Origin: Antedon mediterranea
Taxonomy: Eukaryota > Animalia > Echinodermata
Reading direction: 5' to 3'
Length of the DNA: 64,000 bases
Assembly: GCF_964355755.1 (NCBI RefSeq)
Contig: NC_092680.1
Coordinates: 12,152,001-12,216,000 of the forward strand
Positions 1-13,718 of this stretch are shown here, one piece after another. The notes under the pieces are model-generated. The model worked only from the letters and a program-made list of their open reading frames with translations. It was not told the DNA's origin and searched no databases. The first letter of the stretch is position 1. Each line of letters starts with the position of its first letter. The translations under genes and the position numbers were made by a program.

Positions 1-3000
1 ATGAAAAATAATGTTATGCAACTTTGTTTCTGATTGAAAAAAATGTCCACTTGTTTAGGCCTGACATTTAAAACCCTCAAAATATCTCAATTTCAAAAAC
101 CATATTTATTTTCAATTGTAAAAAAAAAGAAAAAAATATTCCTTGCGGTTCCACCCACTACTCAGAGCACTCAAACCTGAGCATTACCCGTTACGCCACA
201 AACCAGTAGATGACTGAAGACCTGATAATAGTCTATTTATATGAAATGAATGATCAATCAATGAAAAGTAATGCCATGCAACTTTGTTTCTGATTGAAAA
301 AAATGTCCACTTGTTTAGGCCTGACATTTAAAACCCTCAAAATATCTCACTTTCAAAAACCATATTTATCAATTTAAAAAAAAAAAGAAAAAAATATCCC
401 TAGAGGTTCCACCCACTACTCAGAGCACTCAAACCTGAGCATTACCCGTTACGCCACAAACCAGTAGATGACTGAAGACCTGATAATAGTCTATTTATAT
501 GAAATGAATAATCAATCAATGAAAAATAATGCCATGCAACTTTGTTTCTGATTTTAAAAAAGGTCCACTTCTTTAGGCCTGACATTTACAACCCTCAAAA
601 TATCTCATTTAAAAAAAAAATATCTATTTTCAATTAAAAAAAAAAGAAAAAAGAAATATCCCTAGAGGTTCGAACCAACTACTGAGAGCACTCAGACCTG
701 AGTATTACCCGTTACGCCACAAACCAGTAGGTGCCTGAAGAGATCATAATAGTCTATTTATATGAAATGAATGATCAATCAATGTAAAATGATGTTATGC
801 AACTTTGTTCCTGATTTTAAAAAAGGTCCATTTGGTTAGGCATGACATTTACAACCAAAAAAATATCTCACTTTCAAAAACAATTATTTATTTTCAATTA
901 AAAAAAAAAAGAAAAAAAAATACCCGTATAGGTTTGAACCCACTGCTGAGAGCACTCAAACCTGAGCATTACCCGTTACGCCACAAACCTGTAGATGACT
1001 GAAGAGCGGATAATAGTCTATTTATATGAAATGAATGATCAACCAATGAAAAATAATGTTATGCAACTTTGTTTCTGATTTTAAAAAAGGTCCACTTGTT
1101 TAGGCCTGACATTTAAAACCATAACAATATCTCACTTTCAAAAACAATATTTATTTTCAATGAAAAAAAAAGAAAGAAACACCCGTATAGGTTCGAACAC
1201 ACTGCTGAGAGCACTCACATCTGAGCATTACCCGTTACGCCACAAACCAGTAGATGACTGAAGACCTGATAATAGTCTATTTATATGAAATGAATAATCA
1301 ATCAATGAAAAATAATGCCATGCAACTTTGTTTCTGATTTTAAAAAAGGTCCACTTCTTTAGGCCTGACATTTACAACCCTCAAAATATCTCATTTAAAA
1401 AAAAAATATCTATTTTCAATTAAAAAAAAAAGAAAAAAGAAATATCCCTAGAGGTTCGAACCAACTACTGAGAGCACTCAGACCTGAGTATTACCCGTTA
1501 CGCCACAAACCAGTAGATGCCTGAAGAGATCATAATAGTCTATTTATATGAAATGAATGATCAATCAATGTAAAATGATGTTATGCAACTTTGTTCCTGA
1601 TTTTAAAAAAGGTCCATTTGGTTAGGCATGACATTTACAACCAAAAAAATATCTCACTTTCAAAAACAATTATTTATTTTCAATTAAAAAAAAAAAGAAA
1701 AAAAATACCCGTATAGGTTCGAACCCACTGCTGAGAGCACTCAAACCTGAGCATTACCCGTTACGCCACAAACCAGTAGATGACTGTAGAGCTGATAATA
1801 GTCTATTTATATGAAATGAATGATCAACCAATGAAAAATAATGTTATGCAACTTTGTTTCTGATTTTAAAAAAGGTCCACTTGTTTAGGCCTGACATTTA
1901 AAACCATAACAATATCTCACTTTCAAAAACAATATTTATTTTCAATGAAAAAAAAAGAAAGAAACACCCGTATAGGTTCGAACACACTGCTGAGAGCACT
2001 CACATCTGAGCATTACCCGTTACGCCACAAACCAGTAGATGACTGAAGAGCTGATAATAGTCCATTTATATGAAATGAATAATCAATCAATGAAAAATAA
2101 TATCATGCAACTTTGTTTCTGATTTTAAAAAAGGTCCACTTCTTAAAGCCTGACATTTACAACCCTCAAAATATCTCATTTAAAAAAAAAAATATCTATT
2201 TTCAATTAAAAAAAAAAGAAAAAAGAAATATCTCTAGAGGTTCGAACCAACTACTGAGAGCACTCAGACCTGAGTATTACCCGTTACGCCACAAACCAGT
2301 AGATGCCTGAAGAGATCATAATAGTCTATTTATATGAAATGAATGATCAATCAATGTAAAATGATGTTATGCAACTTTGTTCCTGATTTTAAAAAAGGTC
2401 CATTTGGTTAGGCATGACATTTACAACCATAAAAATATCTCACTTTCAAAAACAATATTTATTTTCAATGAAAAAAAAAGAAAAAAACACCCGTATAGGT
2501 TCGAACACACTGCTGAGAGCACTCAAACCTTAGAATTACCCGTTACGCCACAAACCAGTATATGACTGAAGAGCTGATAATAGTCTATTTATATGAATGG
2601 ATGATCAATCAGTAAAAAATAATGTTATGCAACTTTGTTTCTGATTGAAAAAAATGTCCACTTGTTTAGGCCTGACATTTAAAACCCTCAAAATATCTCA
2701 CTTTCAAAAACCATATTTATTGTCAATTGTAAAAAAAAAGAAAAAAATATTCCTAGCGGTTCCACCCTCTACTCAGAGCACTCAAACCTGAGCATTACCC
2801 GTTACGCCACAAACCAGTAGATGACTGAAGAGCTGATAATAGTCTATTTATATGAAATGAATGATCAATCAATGAAAAATAATTTTATGCAACTTTGTTT
2901 CTGATTTTAAAAAAGGTCCACTTGTTTTGGCCTGACATTTACAACCATAACAATATCTCACTTTCAAAAACCATATTTATTTTCAATTGTAAAAAAAAAG

Positions 3001-4639
3001 AAAAAAATATTCCTAGCGGTTCCACCCTCTACTCAGAGCACTCAAACCTGTGCATTACCCGTTACGCCACAAACCAGTAGATGACTGAAGAGCTGATAAT
3101 AGTCTATTTATATGAAATGAATGATCAATCAATGAAAAATAATTTTATGCAACTTTGTTTCTGATTTTAAAAAAGGTCCAATTGTTTAGGCCTGACATTT
3201 ACAACCATAACAATATCTCACTTTCAAAAACCATATTTATTTTCAATGAAAAAAAAAAGAAAAAAAATACCCCTAGAGGTTCGACCCACTACTCAGAGCA
3301 CTCAAACCTGAGCATTACCCGTTACGCCACAAACCAGTAGATGACTGAAGAGCTGATAATAGTGTATTTATATGAAATGAATGCTCAATCAATGAAAAAT
3401 AATGCCATGCAACTTTGTTTCTGATTTTAAAAAAGATCCATTTGTTTAGGCCTGACATTTACAACCTTCAAAATATCTCATTTAAAAAAAAAAAATTTAT
3501 TTTCAATTAAAAAAAAAGAGAAAAAAGATCCCTAGAGGTTCGAAACCACTATTGAGAGCACTCAAACCTGAGCATTACCCGTTACGCCACAAACCAGTAG
3601 ATGACTGAAGAGCTGATAATAGTCTATTTATATGAAATGAATGATCAATCAATGAAAAATAATGCCATGCAACTTTGTTTCTGATTTTAAAAAAGGTCCA
3701 CTTCTTTAGGCCTGACATTTACAACCCTCAAAATATCTCATTTTAAAAAAAAATATTTATTTTCAATTAAAAAAAAAAGAAAAAAGAAATATCCCTAGAG
3801 GTTCGAACCAACTACTGAGAGCACTCAGACCTGAGTATTATCCGTTACGCCACAAACCAGTAGATGCCTGAAGAGATCATAATAGTCTATTTATATGAAA
3901 TGAATGATCAATCAATGTAAAATGATGTTATGCAACTTTGTTCCTGATTTTAAAAAAGGTCCATTTGGTTAAGCATGACATTTACAACATAAAAATATCT
4001 CACTTTCAAAAACAATTATTTATTTTCAATTAAAAAAAAAAAGAAAAAAAATACCCGTATAGGTTCGAACCCACTGCTGAGAGCACTCAAACCTGAGCAT
4101 TACCCGTTACGCCACAAACCAGTAGATGACTGAGGAGCTGATAATAGTCTATTTATATGAAATGAATAATCAACCAATGAAAAATAATGTTATGCAACTT
4201 TGTTTCTGATTTTAAAAAAGGTCCACTTGTTTAGGCCTGACATTTAAAACCATAACAATATCTCACTTTCTAAAACAATATTTATTTTCAATGAAAAAAA
4301 AAGAAAAAAACACCCGTATAGGTTCGAACACACTGCTGAGAGCACTCAAACCTGAGAATTACCCGTTACGCCACAAACCAGTAGATGACTGAAGAGCTGA
4401 TAATAGTCTATTTATATGAATGGATGATCAATCAATGAAAAATAATGTTATGCAACTTTGTTTCTGATTGAAAAAAATGTCCACTTGTTTAGGCCTGACA
4501 TTTAAAACCCTCAAAATATCTCACTTTCAAAAACCATATTTATTTTCAATTATAAAAAAAAAGAAAAAAATATTCCTAGCGGTTCCACCCACTACTCAGA
4601 GCACTCAAACCTGAGCATTACCCGTTACGCCACAAACCA
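1..4639. repeat. Satellite A, block 1 (~260-bp monomer, ~18 copies, runs off the window start)
   Basis: Motif ttacccgttacgccacaaaccagtagatg recurs every ~260 bp in head-to-tail monomers with sub-variants. Confidence 0.97.
1686..1811 (-). promoter_or_regulatory. Representative Pol III-like cassette within a satellite A monomer (TATA, A box, B box, oligo-T)
   Basis: Minus strand: TATAAATA (1811-1804), A box TGGCGTAACGG (1768-1758), B box GGTTCGAACC (1725-1716), then a T-run (1705-1686). Confidence 0.7.
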
Positions 4640-6821
4640 CAGTGGGAAAGCCACTTCGCGTTTTGACCGTTAAATCGTGTAAAATCGACTTACTTCCGCA
4701 TTGACGATTTTGAAGCGCCACCTATCGTTGAAAACTGAAACCACGATTTTTCGTCGCCTAGCAAATAAGTGCTGTTTTATTTTAAGCTTTCATGAATATT
4801 TAAGAACCGCCCAACATTACCTATTATGGTAAAAGCATTTCCTAATAAGTGTAATTGAATAACCAATCGGTTTCCTTCAAAGAAACCGAAGCTAATACAA
4901 TACATTCGGCGACTGAAGTCGGGACTCGTGAAATTTATAAATGTGGTACGATTTGACTACTGTTTTGTTGTCCATTTTCTGAATAGTCGGAGGTGCATCC
5001 CAACAAATTAAAAAAATTATAATCAATTGTTTTATCAAGAATAATATTAGTTTAATCGAGTATGATATATTTCTATCCTGTTCAAAATGTGTTGGTGTAT
5101 TCTCAGGCCTCGAAAGGTAGGTACATTTTCTAGCTGTGAGCGTGGTTTCGGCAACGCGAGACACGTGTGTCAGTATAGGCGATAGCGAGACGTGTGTTGT
5201 ACTGTGTTGATGCTGATCCGACAGTCGTTAAGTTGTACTGATTACGAGTATCATTGGTCCTGGCCGGCCTAGCCTGGTGATCTGATCCCCCCCCCAAAAA
5301 ATACTTTTTTTCAATCAGTATTAATATTATTATTTTATTTTTCATTTATTATTTGATTTATTAGGCTCAATAGATGCCTAGCTTGGCTACTAGTAGGCCT
5401 AGATTATATAAATAATAATAGCAAATACTGTAATATTAATTAATAAAATACAGCTTCCATTTGCCTTACTTTTATCAGGGAGTTGTTATTACAATATATA
5501 ATATTATAATTATATATACAACCAGACTTTACAATTTTTTTTAAATAATATTTTTTTTTTTTCTGACACTTTCAGGAATCGTTGATGATGCAGAGTTCTT
5601 TGTCTTTGTGACTTCAAACTGAGAGTGAAGTGGATAAAAAGATGACACCGGTACCTACCGACATTGTCATACCCAAACTATAATTTAATTATTTAAAACA
5701 AAATGTTGAATTACAAATATATGTATGTTGCAGAGGATTTAGATGAATTACAATACAAATATTTATGTTGAATGCAAACCTACTACACTATACTCTGTAA
5801 ATTATGTTATTGTCATGTGGTAGACCTTAAAAATTGAATATTTATTGTATGTTAGGCCTATTTTATATTTTATTAATACTGTATTAGTTTAATATTACTA
5901 TTAATTTATATTATACAGTACTAGGCTAGTTTGTACATGTTTTTACCCAAAAAAATGAATAAATAATTTGTTATTCAATCTAATTGCTTGTTTGTTCATC
6001 AATAACAAAAAAATTGTAAGCAAGTATATTAAACAGTTCTTGTTAGCCGCTTATTTCAGGTCATATTATTAATATTAGCTAGGCCCGACGCGCCCGATCA
6101 CAACGTCACTAAGTGACTTTCCGCCCCTGGAACAATCGCTCGCTAATAGGGCTAGGCCTCGGACTCGTATAAAAGCTATTATAATAGTTAATAATAAATA
6201 TTCCTCAACTAAAATGTATACTGTGATAAATAAACAAGTAATAATATACGTTGTATTGGAATGTATTTATTTATATGAATTCTTATACGCGGACAATTAT
6301 AAACATCGCGTATATCGTTCGCTATAAATAAATTCATAAACACGATGACGATGTGTTTACAAAATGGCGGTTTCGCTAGTTTTCGATGGAACAAATAGTG
6401 GTAACTTTAGTTTGAATAGTCGGAGCTGCATCCCAACCACCGAATGTTGTATCTTAATATCGTATTCTGTAGATTATTAATTTTTCTAACAGGGATTTTA
6501 AATTCAGGACTGTTCAATTTTTCTAAATATTTTATTTTAACGATTTTCTAGGGTACAATTTCGGAAAAAAGACATTGGTTGATTTTGCCGTTAAATTACA
6601 GATTATCGTTTTGTTCAAATACATTTAATTTTACATGACAATATATTAAAACCATTTATGAATTTATTTCACTAACAATATTTTTCCGATAATCAGCTAA
6701 ATTTACAAATATTGTGTTTTTCCAACACCCTAAAATTTAGCAATTTTGAACTAAATTAGAAAAGTAGGGCGCCCTCTCCGAGTCGAAATTTGACACGATT
6801 AATCGACTGGCTGTCCCACTG
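4640..6821. mobile_element. Non-autonomous TIR DNA transposon inserted in satellite A (Transib/CMC-like ends)
   Basis: TIRs CAGTGGGA(A/C)AGCCA at both ends plus an inner AATCGTGT..TCGACT block. ACCA is duplicated at 4636-4639 and 6822-6825, and removing the element restores cacaaaccagtagatg. No transposase ORF seen. Confidence 0.85.
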
Positions 6822-9800
6822 ACCAGTAGATGACTGAAAACCTGATAATAGTCTATTTATATTAAATAAATGATCAATCAATGAAAAATAATAACATGCA
6901 ACTTTGTTTCTGATTGAAAAAAATGTCCACTTGTTTAGGCCTGACATTTAAAACCCACAAAATATCTCACTTTCAAAAACCATATTTATCAATTTAAAAA
7001 AAAAAATAAAAAAATATCCCTAGAGGTTCCACCCACTACTCAGAGCACTCAAACCTGAGCATTACCCGTTACGCCACAAACCAGTAGATGACTGAAGACC
7101 TGATAATAGTCTATTTATATGAAATGAATAATCAATAAATGAAAAATAATGCCATGCAACTTTGTTTCTGATTTTAAAAAAGGTCCACTTCTTTAGGCCT
7201 GACATTTACAACCCTCAAAATATCTCATTTAAAAAAAAAGTATTTATTTTCAATTAAAAAAAAAAGAAAAAAGAAATATCCCTAGAGGTTGGAACCAACT
7301 ACTGAGAGCACTCAGACCTGAATATTACCCGTTACGCCACAAACCAGTAGATGCCTGAAGAGATCATAATAGTCTATTTATATGAAATGAATGATCAATC
7401 AATGTAAAATGATGTTATGCAACTTTGTTCCTGATTTAAAAAAAGATCCATTTGGTTAGGCATGACATTTACAACCATAAAAATATCTCACTTTCAAAAA
7501 CAATATTTATTTTCAATGAAAAAAAAAGAAAAAAACACCCGTAAAGGTTCGAACACACTGCTGAGAGCACTCAAACCTGAGAATTACCCGTTACGCCACA
7601 AACCAGTATATGACTGAAGAGCTGATAATAGTCTATTTATATGAATGGATGATCAATCAATAAAAAATAATGTTATGCAACTTTGTTTCTGATTGAAAAA
7701 AATGTCCACTTGTTTAGGCCTGACATTTAAAACCCTCAAAATATCTCACTTTCAAAAACCATATTTATTTTCAATTGTAAAAAAAAAGAAAAAAATATTC
7801 CTAGCGGTTCCACCCTCTACTCAGAGCACTCAAACCTGAGCATTACCCGTTACGCCACAAACCAGTAGATGACTGAAGAGCTGATAATAGTCTATTTATA
7901 TGAAATGAATGATCAATCAATGAAAAATAATTTTATGCAACTTTGTTTCTGATTTTAAAAAAGGTCCACTTGTTTAGGCCTGACATTTACAACCATAACA
8001 ATATCTCACTTTCAAAAACCATATTTATTTTCAATTGTAAAAAAAAAGAAAAAAATATTCCTAGCGGTTCCACCCTCTACTCAGAGCACTCAAACCTGAG
8101 CATTACCCGTTACGCCACAAACCAGTAGATGACTGAAGAGCTGATAATAGTCTATTTATATGAAATGAATGATCAATCAATGAAAAATAATTTTATGCAA
8201 CTTTGTTTCTGATTTTAAAAAAGGTCCACTTGTTTAGGCCTGACATTTACAACCATAACAATATCTCACTTTCAAAAACAATATTTATTTTCAATGAAAA
8301 AAAAAAAGAAAAAAAAATACCCCTAGAGGTTCGACCCACTACTCAGAGCACTCAAACCTGAGCATTACCCGTTACGCCACAAACCAGTAGATGACTGAAG
8401 AGCTGATAATAGTGTATTTATATGAAATGAATGCTCAATCAATGAAAAATAATGCCATGCAACTTTGTTTCTGATTTTAAAAAAGATCCATTTGTTTAGG
8501 CCTGACATTTACAACCTTCAAAATATCTCATTTTAAAAAAAAAAATTTATTTTCAATTAAAAAAAAAAGAGAAAAAAGATCCCTAGAGGTTCGAAACCAC
8601 TATTGAGAGCACTCAAACCTGAGCATTACCCGTTACGCCACAAACCAGTAGATGACTGAAGAGCTGATAATAGTCTATTTATATGAAATGAATGATCAAT
8701 CAATGAAAAATAATGCCATGCAACTTTGTTTCTGATTGAAAAAAATGTCCACTTGTTTAGGCCTGACATTTAAAACCCTCAAAATATCTCACTTTCAAAA
8801 ACCATATTTATTTTCAATTTAAAAAAAACAAAAAAATATCCCTAGAGGTTCCACCCACTACTCAGAGCACTCAAACCTGAGCATTACCCGTTACGCCACA
8901 AACCAGTAGATGACTGAAAACCTGATAATAGTCTATTTATATGAAATGAATGATCAATCAATGAAAAATAATGCCATGCAACTTTGTTTCTGATTTTAAA
9001 AAAGATCCATTTCTTTAGGCCTGACATTTACAACCCTCAAAATATCTCATTTTAAAAAAAAATATTGATTTTCAATAAGAAAAAAAAAAGCAATATCCCT
9101 AGAGGTTGGAACCTGGTACTGAGAGCAATCAAACCTGGGTATTACCCGTTACGCCACAAACCAGTAGATTACTGAAGTGCTGATAATATGAATTTAATGA
9201 TCAATCAATGAAAAATAATGCCATGCAACTTTATTTCTGATTCTAAAAAAGGTTCTCTTCTTTAGGCCTGACATTTACAACCATCAAAATATCTCATTTT
9301 AAAAAAAATATTTATTTTCAATTAAAAAAAAAAAGAAAAACGAAATATCCCTGGAGGTTCGAACCCATTACTAAGAGCACTCAGACCTGAGTATTACCCG
9401 TTACGCCACAAACCAGTAGATGCCTGAAGAGATCATGATAGTCTATTTATATGAAATGAATGATCAATCAATGTAAAATGATGTTATGCAACTTTGTTCC
9501 TGATTTTAAAAAAGGTCCATTTGGTTAGGCATGACATTTACAACCATAAAAATATCTCACTTTCAAAAACAATATTTATTTTCAATTAAAAAAAAAAGAA
9601 AAATTATACCCGTATAGGTTCGAACCCACTGCTGAGAGCACTCAAACCTCAAAACCATATTTATTTTCAATAAGAAAAAAAAAACCAATATCCCTAGAGG
9701 TTGTAACCCGCTACTGAGAGCAATCAAACCTGGGTATTACCCACTACGCCACAAACCAGTAGATTACTGAAGTGCTGATAATATGAATTTAATGATCAAT

Positions 9801-11698
9801 CAATGAAAAATAATGCCATGCAACTTTGTTTCTGATTCTAAAAAAGGTCCACTTCTTTAGGCCTGACATTTACAACCATCAAAATATCTCATTTTTAAAA
9901 AAATATTTATTTTCAATAAAAAAAAAAAAGAAAAAAGAAATATCCCTAGAGGTTCGAACCCACTACTGAGAGCACTCAGACCTGAGTTTTACCCGTTACG
10001 CCACAAACCAGTAGATGATTGAAGAGCTGATAATAGTCTATTTATATGAAATAAATGATCAATCAGTGAAAAATAATGTTATGCAACTTTGTTTCTGATT
10101 TTAAAAAAGGTCCACTTCTTTAGGCCTGACATTTACAACCATCAAAATATCTCATTTTTAAAAAAATATTTATTTTCAATTAAAAAAAAAAGAAAAAAGA
10201 AATATCCCTAGAGGTTCGAATCCAATACTGAGAGCACTCAGACCTGAGTTTTACCCGTTACGCCACAAACCAGTAGATGACTGAAGAGCTGATAATAGTC
10301 TATTTATATGAAATAAATGATCAATCAGTGAAAAATAATGTTATGAAACTTTGTTTCTGATTTTAAAAAAGATCCATTTCTTTAGGCCTGACATTTACAA
10401 CCCTCAAAATATCTCATTTTCAAAAAAAAATATTTATTTTCAATAAGAAAAAAAAAGCAATATCCCTAGAGGTTGGAACCCGCTACTGAGAGCAATCAAA
10501 CCTGGGTATTACCCTTTACGCCACAAACCAGTAGATTACTGAAGTGCTGATAATATGAATTTAAGGCCTGACATTTACAACCATCAAAATATCTCATTTA
10601 AAAAAAAATATTTATTTTCAATTAAAAAAAAAAAGAAAAACGAAATATCCCTGGAGGTTCGAACCCACTACTAAGAGCACTCAGACCTGAGTATTACCCG
10701 TTACGCCACAAACCAGTAGATGCCTGAAGAGATCATAATAGTCTATTTATATGAAATGAATGATCAATCAATGTAAAATGATGCCATGCAACTTTCTTTC
10801 TGATTTTAAAAAAGGTCCACTTTTTTAGGCCTGACATTTACAACCCTCAAAATATCTCACTTTCAAAAACAATATTTATTTTCAATTTAAAAAAAAAAAT
10901 AAATAAAAATATTCTTAGAGGTGCGAACCCACTACTGTGAGCACTCAACCTTGAGCATTACCCGCTACGCCACAAACCAGTAGATGCCTGAAGAGCTGAT
11001 AATAGTCTATTTATATGAATGGATGATCAATCAATGAAAAATAATGTTATGCAACTTTGTTTAGGATTTTAAAAAAGGTCCACTTGGTTTGGCCTAACAT
11101 TTACAACCATAAAATATCTCACTTTCAAAAACAATATTTATTTTCAACAAAAAAAAAGAAAAAAAATTCTCGTAGAGGTTCGAACCCACTACTGCGAGCA
11201 CTCAAACCTGATCATTACCCGTTACGCCACAAACCAGTAGATGACTGAAGAGCTGATAATAGTCTATTTATATGAATGGATGATCAATCAATGAAAAATA
11301 ATGCTATGCAACTTCATTTCTGATTTTTAAAAAGGTCGACTTGGTTAGGCATGACATTTACAACCATAAAAATATCTCACTATCAAAAACAATATTTATT
11401 TTCAATAAAAAAAAAAAATTTTCCTAGAGATTCGAACCCACTACTGAGAGAACTCAAACCTGAGCATTACCGGTTTCTCCAAAACCCAGTAGATGAGTGA
11501 TGAGCTGATAATAGTCTATTTATATGAAATGAATGATCAATCAATGACAAATAATGTTATGCAACTTTGTTTCTGATTTTAAAAAAGGTCCACTTGTTCA
11601 GGCCTGACATTTACAACTATAACAATATTTCACTTTCAAAAACAATATTTATTTTCAATAAAAAAAAAATAAAAAAAATACCCGTATAGGTTCGAACC
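6822..11698. repeat. Satellite A, block 2 (~19 monomers, some internally deleted)
   Basis: Same ~260-bp monomer, resuming in register after the insertion. Confidence 0.97.
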
Positions 11699-11850
11699 CA
11701 CAGCTGTTTCAACCAATGTAAAATATATAGAAAAAGTCAAGCGCCCTCAATATTGTCAGACGGCGATATGTGCCTGAGCGTGACGCCGCGCGAGTGGTTG
11801 AATCTGGTTCAACTTTCGCGACATTTGCAACTTTTATAACTACACTTTAA

Positions 11851-12990
11851 AATGGACCTGAAATGGATTTTCGATTTTTTTCATTTTAGAATGATGTTTT
11901 GGGGGCTATTAAGTGTTGTTAGAATGTATATTGTTACAAAATATAAATTGGCCCTTTTGGGGAAAGCCCCATTTGAAAATCAAAAAAATTCGTGGTGACG
12001 TCACTTTGCGAATATATTCCTATCCCTCCAATGGACAATTTGCAGTTTTTTGGCTATAACTCTTGAAATCTATGGAGTATTTTCTAAAAAATGCTTGCGC
12101 ATTTGCAGAAACGTATTTAGAATTTTTTTAGGTAAAATTAGTACCGTATACACGGTTATTCATCGAGTAAATGACGATTTAAAATCTTAAAATCAACGGT
12201 TTTTTTCTGGCAATACCGAAGTTGGCCTGGCACCGTTGTCCGGGATACAGCTCCGTGCGCAATGATGCGTATCCATATTTTCCGTTCGTGTATTTTGTAT
12301 ATCGTTCGTAATTTATACTGCTAAAATTTGTTAGTTTCTTTAGTTTTTAGTTTAGCAGAATTAAATTAGTAATATGAGATGATAATTTATTTGTCACGAA
12401 TCAGGCAGTTCGATAACGAATTTTATTCATATTTTACTTTGGCTTGACAATGAGCGCAGCAAGTTGTTGATATCGCTTTGGTCCTTGGATGCACATGAAA
12501 CGGAGCCTCGCCGTATGATGTGGGTGGTGGATCGACTCCGCGCGCTGGATTGGGGGCCTAGGCCTAGTAAAGGCTTGGGAGGTAGGCCTTCTAAATTCGG
12601 GTTTTATAACAAACGAAGTACATTTTAGGGACCTATATTTCAACAACATTAGATATTGAATAAATTAGTATTAGTGTCAACGCTTCGCGTATCTTTCCAG
12701 GCCGTCGACCCGGCCGTCGATCATTCACTGACTATCGGGCGGCATACACGCTCTCGATACCATCGTGTGTATATGTGACGTCGTGAATATAGAGGCTTCC
12801 GACGGCCGTTGAAATAGAATATTGCAATGGCGTGAGTAATTTTCGCTAATTTACCATGGTATCTTAAAATTTCGTTTTTACTCAAAATACTATACATTTT
12901 GTTTTTATTTGTATGGGTTTGTGTTAATTTGATACATTTAAATAACATGTGTGAATTTCTTGAAAATAGAAATTCCATTTCAGGTCCATT
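11851..12990. mobile_element. Kolobok-like non-autonomous element
   Basis: TIR AATGGACCTGAAATGGA(T/A)TTTC; TTAA duplicated at 11847-11850 and 12991-12994; purine-purine termini. Confidence 0.75.
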
Positions 12991-13718
12991 TTAAATTAAT
13001 TTAATCAATTTCGTCATAAATATTATAAAACCATTTTTATACTATTTGTTAGAAAGTAAGATTTTTAATTACCGATTTTTTTGGAAATAGTAAGTAATTA
13101 AGCATAACATCAAGTTTACGAAATTATTTACACCCGGAAGTTTTAAAAATTAACATCGATCGGCCTAGCAAATGTAAACAATGGAAAGTTTGAAAAAATG
13201 CTTGTCAAATTGTACACTTTTTGTTTTTATTCGTAATTTTCATAAATACTTGGAAAATCTAGGTAAAAGTTTGATTATATATGCTTACATGAGACATTGA
13301 ATTGTTAGGAGGTGACGGTGAAAATCTCAAGAAATTTTCATTTAAAAACTCGACTGTTTTGTTAAATGCGAAACAGCGTATTTGGCGAGAGGTCGATGAA
13401 CGCGGCTGATAACCGCTCGCTAGGCTGTACGCACTAGGCCTAGGTAGGTTGTAGCTAGGCCTAGTTGGTACGTATAAGTAGTGTAATCATGCTATACATC
13501 ATTTTAATTTACAATAGATTAAATAATAAGCTTAATTATTATCATTGTATTTATTTCAACTGAATATAATTCATCATAAATGTAAAAATTTAGTAAAACT
13601 ACTAACTACCAGGCCTAGCTAGGCCCTTAAAATTAAAGCCTATACAAAAATACTCAAACTACTTATATAATATAAAATTAAAGGTTGGTAACATTAAAAT
13701 TTCTTTTCTTTTTTGTAG

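Noticed and set aside
1700-1775. Functional tRNA genes in satellite A
   Set aside because: Only the A/B boxes and D-stem fit; acceptor, anticodon and T stems do not pair, and no isotype can be assigned.
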